A DNA stretch of 64,000 bases from an uncultured Acidimicrobiia bacterium. GTDB taxonomy: Bacteria > Actinomycetota > Acidimicrobiia > Spongiisociales > JAOTWH01. The DNA is taken from the NCBI GenBank assembly GCA_964347285.1, contig CAYFYE010000003.1, positions 3,518 through 67,517 on the forward strand. Direction: 5' to 3'. Made by a program: the position numbers and the translations under genes. The notes beneath the pieces are model-generated. The model did not search any database. It had not been told where the DNA came from and saw only the letters and a list, made by a program, of their open reading frames with translations. The number at the start of each line of letters is the position of its first letter. Position 1 is the first letter of the stretch. Of this stretch, positions 49,587-58,130 are shown in pieces.

Positions 49587-50082
49587 TACTATTTGCTATC
49601 AACTGGCTGTGAAGAGCTCCCGGCCCCAGTCCGAGACCACCCGTCGTGATGCTCGTCCTCCCGTCACCTCGGGATCCGCGCCACCCTCGGGCGGGGCGGG
49701 GGCTCTCCGCCGTACCGTTTGGCGGCGGCCGGCCGTGAGCCCGCGACCGTGGAACGACGCACTCGCTTCCCTCGGCTATCCCCTCCACCATCCTTACGTA
49801 CGACGGTTCTGGACGGCGGTGCTGGGCCCAGGCGCAGTCGCCGACCTCATGCGCCTGGTCGCTGCGGCCCGCCGCGACCAGGTGCTGCCCCGCCCGGTCC
49901 ACCTGTCCTCGTTGGTCCGAGAGGGGCTGGTGCGGATCGAGGCCGGTCGCCTTTGGGTGCGGCCCACCGTGCCCCCGCTCTCGGCCGCCCAGGTGCGTCG
50001 CCTTTCCCCGGCTCTGCGGGTCGAGCACCACCGGTTGCGGTGGGCCCACAGCACCGGGTCCGACTCCGGTCAGGAGCATTGA
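49573..50082 (+). CDS. hypothetical Arg-rich protein (start uncertain; may begin around 49735 or 49848)
   Basis: Only the 3' two thirds show GC3 coding bias. No motif recognised. The antisense frames look non-coding. Confidence 0.25.
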   Translation: MHSIDTICYQLAVKSSRPQSETTRRDARPPVTSGSAPPSGGAGALRRTVWRRPAVSPRPWNDALASLGYPLHHPYVRRFWTAVLGPGAVADLMRLVAAARRDQVLPRPVHLSSLVREGLVRIEAGRLWVRPTVPPLSAAQVRRLSPALRVEHHRLRWAHSTGSDSGQEH

Positions 50083-50116
50083 GGGACCCGTGGCGGGGCA
50101 CCACTAAGTTGGCCCC

Positions 50117-50881
50117 ATGGATACCGCCCTGGCCGATTCGATAGCGCTGTTGGCGCCTGCTCGCCGCATATTGGCGTTCACCGGAGCCGGCATCTCCACC
50201 GAATCGGGCATTCCCGACTTCCGGGGACCGCACGGTGTTTGGACGAGAATCGACCCAAGCGAGTTCACGTTCGACAAGTATGTGAGCGACGCATCGACGC
50301 GGCGCCGATCCTGGCAGATGCGTTCCGAGTCGGGCATTCTCGATGCCGGGCCCAACGCCGGCCATCGAGCATTGGTGGGCCTGTGGAAGGCCGGGCTCCT
50401 GGCCGGCTGCGTCACCCAGAACATCGACGGCCTGCACCAGGCGGCCGGGCTGCCCGACGAGGCCGTGGTCGAGCTGCACGGCAACGCTCACACCTCCGCC
50501 TGCCTCGATTGCGGCGCCGACTGGCCGACCACCGAAATCCTGGCTCGAGTGGAGTCCGGAGAGGACGATCCCCACTGCCCGCACTGCGGGGGAATAGTCA
50601 AGGTGACGGTGATCTCCTTTGGCCAGATGATGCCCGGCGAGGCCATGGAGCGCGCCTACACCTTGGCCGCCACCTGCGATGCGGTCCTGGCCATCGGGTC
50701 CACCCTCTCCGTGTACCCGGCTGCGTACATTCCTCTCGAGGCCGCCCACCGCGGCGTGCCCTACGTCATCGTGAACCAGGGCGCTACCGACCACGACGTC
50801 GTTGCCGACGCTTGCGTGGAAGGCCCGGCCGGACCGATCCTCACCACACTGGTCGAGGCATTGACCGCCGGGAAAAAGTGA
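50117..50881 (+). CDS. cobB: NAD-dependent protein deacylase (Sir2 family)
   Basis: GAGISTESGIPDFRG, QNIDGLH and zinc ribbon CxxC...CPHCGG. Confidence 0.9.
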   Translation: MDTALADSIALLAPARRILAFTGAGISTESGIPDFRGPHGVWTRIDPSEFTFDKYVSDASTRRRSWQMRSESGILDAGPNAGHRALVGLWKAGLLAGCVTQNIDGLHQAAGLPDEAVVELHGNAHTSACLDCGADWPTTEILARVESGEDDPHCPHCGGIVKVTVISFGQMMPGEAMERAYTLAATCDAVLAIGSTLSVYPAAYIPLEAAHRGVPYVIVNQGATDHDVVADACVEGPAGPILTTLVEALTAGKK

Positions 50882-50882
50882 G

Positions 50883-50913
50883 GGACGACCCCTCGACGAG
50901 CGAGGGGTCGTCC
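50883..50913. terminator. bidirectional GC-rich hairpin between the convergent Sir2 and CAP-domain genes
   Basis: 13-bp perfect stem GGACGACCCCTCG / CGAGGGGTCGTCC with a 5-nt loop, but no U-tract. Confidence 0.5.
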
Positions 50914-50938
50914 TGCGGGCCCTGCTGCCCGAATTCGT

Positions 50939-52096
50939 CTAACCCAGCCGGGCGTCTCCCGCAATGGGGCGCCAACCCGGGTTGCCGAAGAAGAAGGTGT
51001 GGGTCGTTGTGCCGGCCCCGTCTGTCAGCACGAACTCCCCGGCGGCGGGGTTGAACCGCCCCAGCGTGTGAGCACCGTCGCCGTCCCAGTCGCCGGCGAA
51101 GCAGTCGCCGTCGGGAGCTACCGCCACCGTGTCGACCCCGTCGCCGTCGAAGTCTCCGGCGACGAGAGCGGTGCCGGCGCCTCCCAGCGCAAAGGAGAAG
51201 TCGGCTGCCCCTAGGCCCCGATCGCCAAAACCGAGCCGGTTGATGATGAAGACCCTCGACTGGCTGGGCCGGTAGAGCGACACGGTGTCGCAGCCGTTGC
51301 CGTTGAAGTCGCCGGCCAGCGGCACGTCGCCGGGGTTGCCGAAGTAGAAGCGGACATCGGCGACACCCTGCGTGTTGGAGTTGCGCAGGTAGACGTACCC
51401 GTCCGATTGGCGGTACAGACCCGGCGTGTCCACCCCATCACAATCCCAGTCGCCGAGCATGGGGTAATCGCCCGGATCCCCGTAGTAGAAGCTGTGGGCA
51501 TTGCCGGAGGTGCTGCGCAGGTACCACATACCGGCCGCGGTGTCGACCAGACCCACGTTGCTGGCCCCGGCCGGCAGGGTAGCCGGAGCAGGGGCCGGGG
51601 CAGGGGCCGGAGTCGGCGCCTGTTCCTTCGGGGTGGGGGCGTCGCCGAGGCCGGCCGGTCCCCTCATGAACACCACCGTCACCCACATCCGAGTGGGGCT
51701 CTCCCGCTCGACCCCGATGCCGATGTAGTTGTAGTCGCCCCTCACGTTGGCGGCATGGCCCGCAGAGGCCATGAACGCGGCATGGAGGCTGGCCACGGTG
51801 GGACCGACGCCGACGTTCTCGCCCAGGGCGTACCAACCGGTGGTCACATCGGCCAGGTTGGGATTGTGATGGAGGTAGTCGGCGTCCATCATCACTCGAG
51901 AGTGGGCCCGGGCGTCGTCTTTCAGGTCCCAGTAGCCCTGGAGCGCGTCGAGGCCCGAAGCAGCCCGCTCGGCGTTGATCAGCGAGAAGAACTGGTCTTC
52001 GAGATCGGGCTCGGCGGGAGCGGCCGGAGCCGCGGCCAGCATCGTCGCCAGCAAGAGTGTGGTGAGGATCGTGGAGGCTCTTTGCAGCAGGGTCAT
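50939..52096 (-). CDS. secreted CAP (SCP/PR-1-like) domain protein with C-terminal FG-GAP/VCBS-like repeats
   Basis: Signal peptide MTLLQRASTILTTLLLATMLAAAPAAPA. CAP-like core (GHAANVRGDYNYIGIGV...MWVTVVF). A PAPAPAPAP linker, then four or more repeats of the form GD(W/F)(D/N)G(D/N)G.DT...YR. Confidence 0.5.
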   Translation of the reverse strand: MTLLQRASTILTTLLLATMLAAAPAAPAEPDLEDQFFSLINAERAASGLDALQGYWDLKDDARAHSRVMMDADYLHHNPNLADVTTGWYALGENVGVGPTVASLHAAFMASAGHAANVRGDYNYIGIGVERESPTRMWVTVVFMRGPAGLGDAPTPKEQAPTPAPAPAPAPATLPAGASNVGLVDTAAGMWYLRSTSGNAHSFYYGDPGDYPMLGDWDCDGVDTPGLYRQSDGYVYLRNSNTQGVADVRFYFGNPGDVPLAGDFNGNGCDTVSLYRPSQSRVFIINRLGFGDRGLGAADFSFALGGAGTALVAGDFDGDGVDTVAVAPDGDCFAGDWDGDGAHTLGRFNPAAGEFVLTDGAGTTTHTFFFGNPGWRPIAGDARLG

Positions 52097-52272
52097 GTCG
52101 GTGTGTCCTACTCTTCGCATTCTTGCTAAACACTTTCTGTATCGACACACAGCGCGCGCAACTTGACCACGAATCGCGCGATTAAGGCCCGAACGGGCTA
52201 GCCCCTTCAGGAATCGTGCCGGATGGGTCCGGGGTCGGGGCGACGCCGCAGGCCGCCCCGAGCCGGTGCCCG

Positions 52273-53718
52273 CTAGGCGCTCATCTCTTCGGCGAGCGCC
52301 ACCAGGAGTCGGACACCGAAGCCGGTGCCTCCTTTGAGGAGATAGCCCTCATCGCCGTCGGCCCGGGCCGGGCCGGCAATGTCGAGGTGCACCCAGGGAC
52401 GGTCGTCGACGAACTCCTGAAGCAGGAGCGCTGCGTTGATCGCACCTCCCCATCGAGGCCCGGTGTTCTTCATGTCGGCGACGTCTGAATCGATCTTCGA
52501 GCGATAATCCTTGGGGAGCGGCATGGGCCACACCCGTTCGCCTGAGCGGGCCGCCGCGGCCTGGACCCGATCGCTGCTTGCCTCGTCGTTGCCGAACAGC
52601 CCGGCGAACCCTTCGCCGAGGGCGACCTTGCAGGCCCCGGTGAGCGTGGCCAGGTCGACGATGAGGTCGGGCCCGGCCTCAGCGGCCAGGGCCAGGGCAT
52701 CGGCGAGCACGAGCCGACCCTCGGCATCGGTGTCGAGCACCTCGATGGTCTTCCCGTTGCGAGCGGTGAGCACGTCTCCGGGCCGCTGGGCTCCTCCCCC
52801 AGGCATGTTCTCGGTGAAGGGCACCACCGCCAAGACCTTGACCGGCAGGTCCAGCTCGGCGATCGCCTGCATGGCCCCCAGCACGGCCGCCCCGCCCGCC
52901 ATGTCGGTCTTCATCTCCTCCATCGCCTTGGCCGGCTTGATCGAGAGCCCCCCGGAGTCGAACACCACCCCTTTGCCCACCAGGGCCAGAAAGGCTCGGG
53001 CCTCCTGCGGTTCGTGCCACATTTCGACGACGCGGGCCGGATTGTGGCTTCCGGCAGCCACCGCGGCCACGCCGCCGAAGCCCTCCGCGGCGATCTGGGC
53101 CTCGTCGTAGACCTTGACTCGCATCCCGTGGTCCCGGCCGATCTGGAGAGCCCGATCGGCGAGCATCGCCGGCGTCTTGGTGACCGGAGGCTCGTTGGTG
53201 AGATCACGAGCCAGCGTCGCTGCGGAGGCGACGATGGCTCCCCGGCGGGCCGCCTCCAGTGCCCGCTCGTTGGCATCGACGAGCAGGAGCCGATCGGTTT
53301 TGGCCGGTTTGGGCTCGCTGCGGTACTTGTCGAAGCGGTACTGGCCGAGGATGAATCCTTCGGCCGAGGGACCGGCCCCGGCCCCCTCGCCGACCTGGTG
53401 AAGCGTGGTAGCCAGCGATTCGAGGTGGGCGGCCCGCCGGCCCAGCGTGCCGGCCGCCTTGCGCAGCTCTTCGGCGTCGAAGCCCTCGCCGAGGCCGACG
53501 AAGAACACGGTGGACCAGGGGGCGCCGCCTCCTGCGGCTACGTCGGCGATCTCCCCCGCCTTGCCCGAGAAGTCCTCGGCATCGAGGAACTGGATCACCC
53601 ACTCGCCGAGCCGGTCCAGCACCGAATCGGCTCCCGGACCCCATTCCCGGTCGGCGAAGACGGGGACCGCCATCGCCGCCGCTTCCTCGGGCGCTCCGGT
53701 GGCTTCGATGGCAATCAC
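52273..53718 (-). CDS. pepA: leucyl aminopeptidase (M17)
   Basis: NTGPRWGGAINAALLLQ and VVFDSGGLSIKP...DMAGGAA M17 signatures. Confidence 0.85.
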   Translation of the reverse strand: MIAIEATGAPEEAAAMAVPVFADREWGPGADSVLDRLGEWVIQFLDAEDFSGKAGEIADVAAGGGAPWSTVFFVGLGEGFDAEELRKAAGTLGRRAAHLESLATTLHQVGEGAGAGPSAEGFILGQYRFDKYRSEPKPAKTDRLLLVDANERALEAARRGAIVASAATLARDLTNEPPVTKTPAMLADRALQIGRDHGMRVKVYDEAQIAAEGFGGVAAVAAGSHNPARVVEMWHEPQEARAFLALVGKGVVFDSGGLSIKPAKAMEEMKTDMAGGAAVLGAMQAIAELDLPVKVLAVVPFTENMPGGGAQRPGDVLTARNGKTIEVLDTDAEGRLVLADALALAAEAGPDLIVDLATLTGACKVALGEGFAGLFGNDEASSDRVQAAAARSGERVWPMPLPKDYRSKIDSDVADMKNTGPRWGGAINAALLLQEFVDDRPWVHLDIAGPARADGDEGYLLKGGTGFGVRLLVALAEEMSA

Positions 53719-54263
53719 CGGCTCTCCTTCCTGCTCGGCTCCCAGGACTCTTCGGCGGCCCGGGCCATCACGAACAGCAAGTCGGCCAGCCGGTTGAGGT
53801 AGGGCACCACCTGGCTGTCGACCAACCCGCCGGTACGGGCATAGGCGACCGATCGTCGCTCGGCCCGGCGCACGATCGTCCGGGCCACATCGAGGTGGGC
53901 TGCCTCCGCCGATCCGCCGGGAACGACGAAGCCGTCGGGTAGCCCGGCCCTTTCACTGAGCTCGTCGATCCGAGCTTCGAGAGCGCCGACCATGGCGGAA
54001 GTGACCCGGCTCACCCCTCCCTCGAGCTTGGCGCGGTGCTCGGGAGCGGTAGCCAGCTCGGCCGCCACCACGAAGAGCTCCCGCTGGATCTCGAGGATCC
54101 GCTCGGCGGCTTCGGGCCCGGCCGCCGCCCGGGCGGCTCCCAGAGCGGCAACCGCCTCGTCCACGGCACCGTAGGCCTCCGGTCCCGGATCGTCCTTGGA
54201 CACCCGCCCCCCGCGGAACAGGCCGGTCGTGCCGTCGTCGCCGCGCCGGGTGTAGATCTTCAC
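53715..54263 (-). CDS. ATP:cob(I)alamin adenosyltransferase, PduO type
   Basis: VKIYTRRGDDGTTG N-terminal signature. 182 aa from the GTG start. ATGA overlap with pepA. Confidence 0.85.
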   Translation of the reverse strand: MKIYTRRGDDGTTGLFRGGRVSKDDPGPEAYGAVDEAVAALGAARAAAGPEAAERILEIQRELFVVAAELATAPEHRAKLEGGVSRVTSAMVGALEARIDELSERAGLPDGFVVPGGSAEAAHLDVARTIVRRAERRSVAYARTGGLVDSQVVPYLNRLADLLFVMARAAEESWEPSRKESR

Positions 54264-54298
54264 GGCGGCGCAGTCTAGAGAGCGGCCCGGACGAGCCC

Positions 54299-55018
54299 TC
54301 AGGCGCTCTCTTCGATGATGGTTCTGCCCAACAGCGACATTCCGGTGGCGGTGACGATGGCCAGGTAGGAAAGGCCGGTAGCGGCCATCACCCCGCTGTA
54401 GCGGGGCTCCTTCAGGGCGAACCAGACGCCGGTCAGGAGCACGAAAGTCATCAGCGTCAGCGCCACAAAGGCCCAGCCGAGCACGGTGTCGGACGCCTGC
54501 CACGACAGTGCCCCCCGGCCCACGAGCTGCCCCGCTTCGAGAACGGCCCCGGCCAGGGCGGCGGCGTCCAGTCGATGCAGAGCCCAGCGGGGCAGACGGG
54601 GGTCGACCAGATACCAGTGACCCAGCAGCATCTCCCCGGACACGCCCCCCAACAGCAATCCTCCGGTCAGTGCGGCGATGGCACCGCCCGGGAAGCCGGC
54701 CACGAGGTAGGCCACCGAAGATCCGGCCAACAAGAGCACGGTCGGCTCCTGGCGGCGGGCGGCCACCAACCCCAGCGCGGCCAGAGAGGCCCCGGCGATG
54801 GAGGCCGGACTCGGATCGATCAGGGTGGCCGGTATCCCCACCAGCAGGACCACGACCGCGATCAGGCGGTTGAAGCCGGATCCGACGATGCGCCAGAAGG
54901 CCACCGCCGCCCCGGCGGCGGCCAGACCGCTCGCCCAGGCGGCCAGGACGAGTCCCGGGATCGAATCGATGGCGAAGGCCTCCTTGAGCGGCGGGGCATT
55001 GTAAGGAGCCGTTCCGAC
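54299..55018 (-). CDS. hypothetical polytopic membrane protein
   Basis: Six to seven hydrophobic helices. The start was constrained by the tkt stop at 55074, and GTG at 55018 was chosen. Confidence 0.4.
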   Translation of the reverse strand, partial: VGTAPYNAPPLKEAFAIDSIPGLVLAAWASGLAAAGAAVAFWRIVGSGFNRLIAVVVLLVGIPATLIDPSPASIAGASLAALGLVAARRQEPTVLLLAGSSVAYLVAGFPGGAIAALTGGLLLGGVSGEMLLGHWYLVDPRLPRWALHRLDAAALAGAVLEAGQLVGRGALSWQASDTVLGWAFVALTLMTFVLLTGVWFALKEPRYSGVMAATGLSYLAIVTATGMSLLGRTIIEESA

Positions 55019-55073
55019 GCGGCCGTCCGGCGCGGCGTCGTCATGGCCGAGGAGTCGGGGCGGTCCCCGAGCC

Positions 55074-57035
55074 TCAGTTCGAAGGCATCCAACCCTCGAT
55101 GCGGGCGGCCACGGCCTCGGGGGTGAACCCCCAGTGCTCGGCGATGACCTTCCATGGAGCCGACACCCCGAAACGATCGATGCCGATGTTGAGCCCACCT
55201 CGACCGGTGATGCGCTCCCACCCCATCGTCACGCCGGCTTCGAGCGAGACCAGCGGCAGGCCCTCGCCCAGCACCTCGGTGCGGTACTCGGCGTCCTGGT
55301 CGAAGAAGGCTTCCCAGCACGGGAGACTCACCACCCGGGCCGAGCGCCCTCTCTGGGCCAAGAGCTCGGCGGCCTCCAGCGCCACCCATACCTCCGAGCC
55401 GGTGGCGACGATGACGAGGTCGTCACCGGGACGAAGCACGTAGCCGCCCCGGCGCAGCCGGCCCTCGACACCCGTCCGGTCCAGCACCGGCAGTCCCTGC
55501 CGGGTCAGCACGAGCGCAGTGGGCCCGTCGGTTCTGTTCATGGCGAGATCCCAGGCCTCGGCCGTCTCGCCGGCATCGGCCGGTCTGACCACCCACAGGC
55601 CGGGCATCGACCGCAGCGACATGACGTGCTCCACCGGTTGGTGGGTAGGACCGTCTTCGCCGAGGAACACCGAATCGTGGGTCCAGACCCATATGCTCGG
55701 TATGCCCATCAGCGCCGACAGCCTCACCGACGGTCGCATGTAGTCGCTGAACACCAAGAAAGTGGCTCCGTACGGGCGCACCCCTCCGTGGAGGGCCAGA
55801 CCGTTGACCATCGCTCCCATGCCGTGCTCGCGCACCCCGAAGTGGAAGTTGCGTCCCCGGTAGCTGGTCGCCCCGAAATCCGGCGAGTCGTCGATGAGCG
55901 TGTTGGTCGAAGGGGCCAGGTCGGCCGATCCGCCCACCAGGCCGGGGTTGGCTGCGGCCAGCTGATTGATCACCACTCCCGATGCCTTGCGGGTGGCGAT
56001 CGACTCACCGATCTCGAACCCCGGGTCTTCGACCTTCACCGGGGCCGGCTGCCAGTAGGCCAGCCAGCAGGCCTCGAGGTCCGGGTCGCCGTCGAACCGT
56101 TCGGCCCGGTGCTCCTCCCAGGCGATGCGGGCCCGACGGCCCCGCTCGGCGGCCTCGGCGAACAGGTCGAAGACCTCGTCGGGCACGTGGAACGGCGGAT
56201 GCGTCCAGCCCATGGCCCGCTTGGTGGCTTCCACCTCTTCGGCGCCGAGCGGCGCCCCGTGGGCGGAGGCACTGTCCTGCTTGTTGGGAGCGCCGTGGGC
56301 AATATGGGTGCGACAGAGGATCAGGGAAGGCCGGTCCCCTGTGGCCCGGGCCTCAGCAATGGCCTCCTCGACGGCGGCCCGGTCGTGGCCGTCGATCTGG
56401 AGCGTGTGCCAGCCGTATGCGTCGAAGCGCCCGGCGACGTCCTCGGTGAAGGCGAGGTCGGTGGAGCCTTCTATGGAGATCCGGTTGTCGTCGTACAAGT
56501 AGACGATCTTGCCGAGTTCGAGGTGGCCGGCCAGCGAAGCGGCCTCCGACGCCACCCCCTCCATCAGGTCACCGTCGGAAACCAATGCGTAGGTGTGGTG
56601 GTCGATGAGCTCTGGCCCGAAGACGGCGCGGAGGTGAGCCTCGGCGGCGGCCATCCCCACACCGGTACCGAAGCCCTGGCCGAGGGGCCCGGTGGTGGTT
56701 TCGATGCCCCGCCCCGGCTCGTACTCCGGATGGCCGGCCGTCGGGTACCCCCACTGCCTGAAGTTCTTCAAGTCCTCGAGCGACAGGTCGTAGCCGGCGA
56801 GGTGAAGCAGTGAGTAGAGGAGCATCGAGCCGTGGCCGTTCGAGACGACGAAGCGATCCCTGTTGAGCCAGGCCGGATCGGCCGGGTCGGCCACCAGGAA
56901 CTTGGTCCACAGGACGACCGCGATGTCGGCCATTCCCATCGGCATGCCGGGATGACCCGACTGGGCGGCCTCGACTGCATCCATGGCCAGCGCCTTGATC
57001 GTGTCGACGGCGAGCTGTTGGCGGTCTCGGCTCAT
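55074..57035 (-). CDS. tkt: transketolase
   Basis: 653 aa. TPP-binding motif GDGDLMEG and transketolase N/pyr/C domains. Confidence 0.95.
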   Translation of the reverse strand: MSRDRQQLAVDTIKALAMDAVEAAQSGHPGMPMGMADIAVVLWTKFLVADPADPAWLNRDRFVVSNGHGSMLLYSLLHLAGYDLSLEDLKNFRQWGYPTAGHPEYEPGRGIETTTGPLGQGFGTGVGMAAAEAHLRAVFGPELIDHHTYALVSDGDLMEGVASEAASLAGHLELGKIVYLYDDNRISIEGSTDLAFTEDVAGRFDAYGWHTLQIDGHDRAAVEEAIAEARATGDRPSLILCRTHIAHGAPNKQDSASAHGAPLGAEEVEATKRAMGWTHPPFHVPDEVFDLFAEAAERGRRARIAWEEHRAERFDGDPDLEACWLAYWQPAPVKVEDPGFEIGESIATRKASGVVINQLAAANPGLVGGSADLAPSTNTLIDDSPDFGATSYRGRNFHFGVREHGMGAMVNGLALHGGVRPYGATFLVFSDYMRPSVRLSALMGIPSIWVWTHDSVFLGEDGPTHQPVEHVMSLRSMPGLWVVRPADAGETAEAWDLAMNRTDGPTALVLTRQGLPVLDRTGVEGRLRRGGYVLRPGDDLVIVATGSEVWVALEAAELLAQRGRSARVVSLPCWEAFFDQDAEYRTEVLGEGLPLVSLEAGVTMGWERITGRGGLNIGIDRFGVSAPWKVIAEHWGFTPEAVAARIEGWMPSN

Positions 57036-57041
57036 GACGGC

Positions 57042-58130
57042 TCACTCTACGACGGCGATGTCACGGTCCGACCGGTTGAGCCGATCGAGGCCGTCTCGGC
57101 CCACAACAACGATGTCCTCGATGCGCATTCCCCACTTGCCGGGGAGGTAGATGCCGGGCTCGATCGAAAACGCCATACCCGGAGTGAGGGGCAGATCGTT
57201 CCCCTCGACCAGGTAGGGGTTCTCGTGGACCTCGAGCCCTATGCCGTGGCCGGTGCGGTGAACGAAGTAGTCGCCCAGGCCGGCCCCGGCGATCACCGTG
57301 CGAGCAGCCCGGTCCACCTCCTCGGCGGGCGTGCCCGGTGCAACGGCGTCCACCGCCGCCGCCTGGGCCCTTCTCAGGACTTGGTAGGCGTCGGCGAAGT
57401 CGGGGGGCGGCTCCCCCACGTGGAAGGTACGCGTGGTGTCGGAGTGGTAGCCACCCAGCCGGCCACCGAAGTCGATCACGATGCCGTCGCCGGGGCCGAT
57501 GACGCGATCGGCCGGCTCGTGATGGGGCGAAGCAGCGTTGGGCCCGGAAGCCACGATGCTGAAACCGGCGGAGTCGTGGCCTTCGGCAACGGTCAGTGCG
57601 CCGATTTCGGTGGCGAGGTCGCGTTCCGACCGGCCCGAAAGTCGCATGGCGGAGAGGCGGGCGACCACCCGGTCCGCAGCCTCCCCGGCCCGGCGCAGGA
57701 GCTCGACCTCATCGGAATCCTTGAGCAGACGGAGCGACCCCGTCACCGGGGCCGCCGGTACGAATTGAGCGGCGGGAAGGCGCTCCTGGAGGCCGAGGAG
57801 AGAGGCCGCCCAGGTCTGATCGCTGACGGCCAGCCGGGCCCGGCTCCCCACCAGTCCGGCGACCAGATCGAGCGGATTGTCGGTCTCCTCCCAGGCCTCG
57901 ATCGAGAATTCAGGACGCCCCACCACCCGAGGCGCCTCGAGGCGGGGCACCACCAGGACCGGATCTCCATCGACCGGAATCACGCCCATCGTCAGCCGCT
58001 CCAGAGGCATTGCCTCGTACCCGGTGAAGTACAGAAGGTCGGCGCCGGCCGACAGCAACAGCACCTCGATGCTCCGATCGAGCATCGAGGCCCGGACCCG
58101 ATCGAGTCGCCCCGGGTAGTCGAAGCTCAT
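57042..58130 (-). CDS. M24 family metallopeptidase (Xaa-Pro aminopeptidase-like)
   Basis: Pita-bread fold metal ligands (D...D...HGIGLEVHE...E...E). ATG at 58130 chosen. Confidence 0.75.
   Translation of the reverse strand: MSFDYPGRLDRVRASMLDRSIEVLLLSAGADLLYFTGYEAMPLERLTMGVIPVDGDPVLVVPRLEAPRVVGRPEFSIEAWEETDNPLDLVAGLVGSRARLAVSDQTWAASLLGLQERLPAAQFVPAAPVTGSLRLLKDSDEVELLRRAGEAADRVVARLSAMRLSGRSERDLATEIGALTVAEGHDSAGFSIVASGPNAASPHHEPADRVIGPGDGIVIDFGGRLGGYHSDTTRTFHVGEPPPDFADAYQVLRRAQAAAVDAVAPGTPAEEVDRAARTVIAGAGLGDYFVHRTGHGIGLEVHENPYLVEGNDLPLTPGMAFSIEPGIYLPGKWGMRIEDIVVVGRDGLDRLNRSDRDIAVVE

Noticed and set aside
55134-56813. 559-aa plus-strand ORF
   Set aside because: Antisense to transketolase, which is unambiguous.
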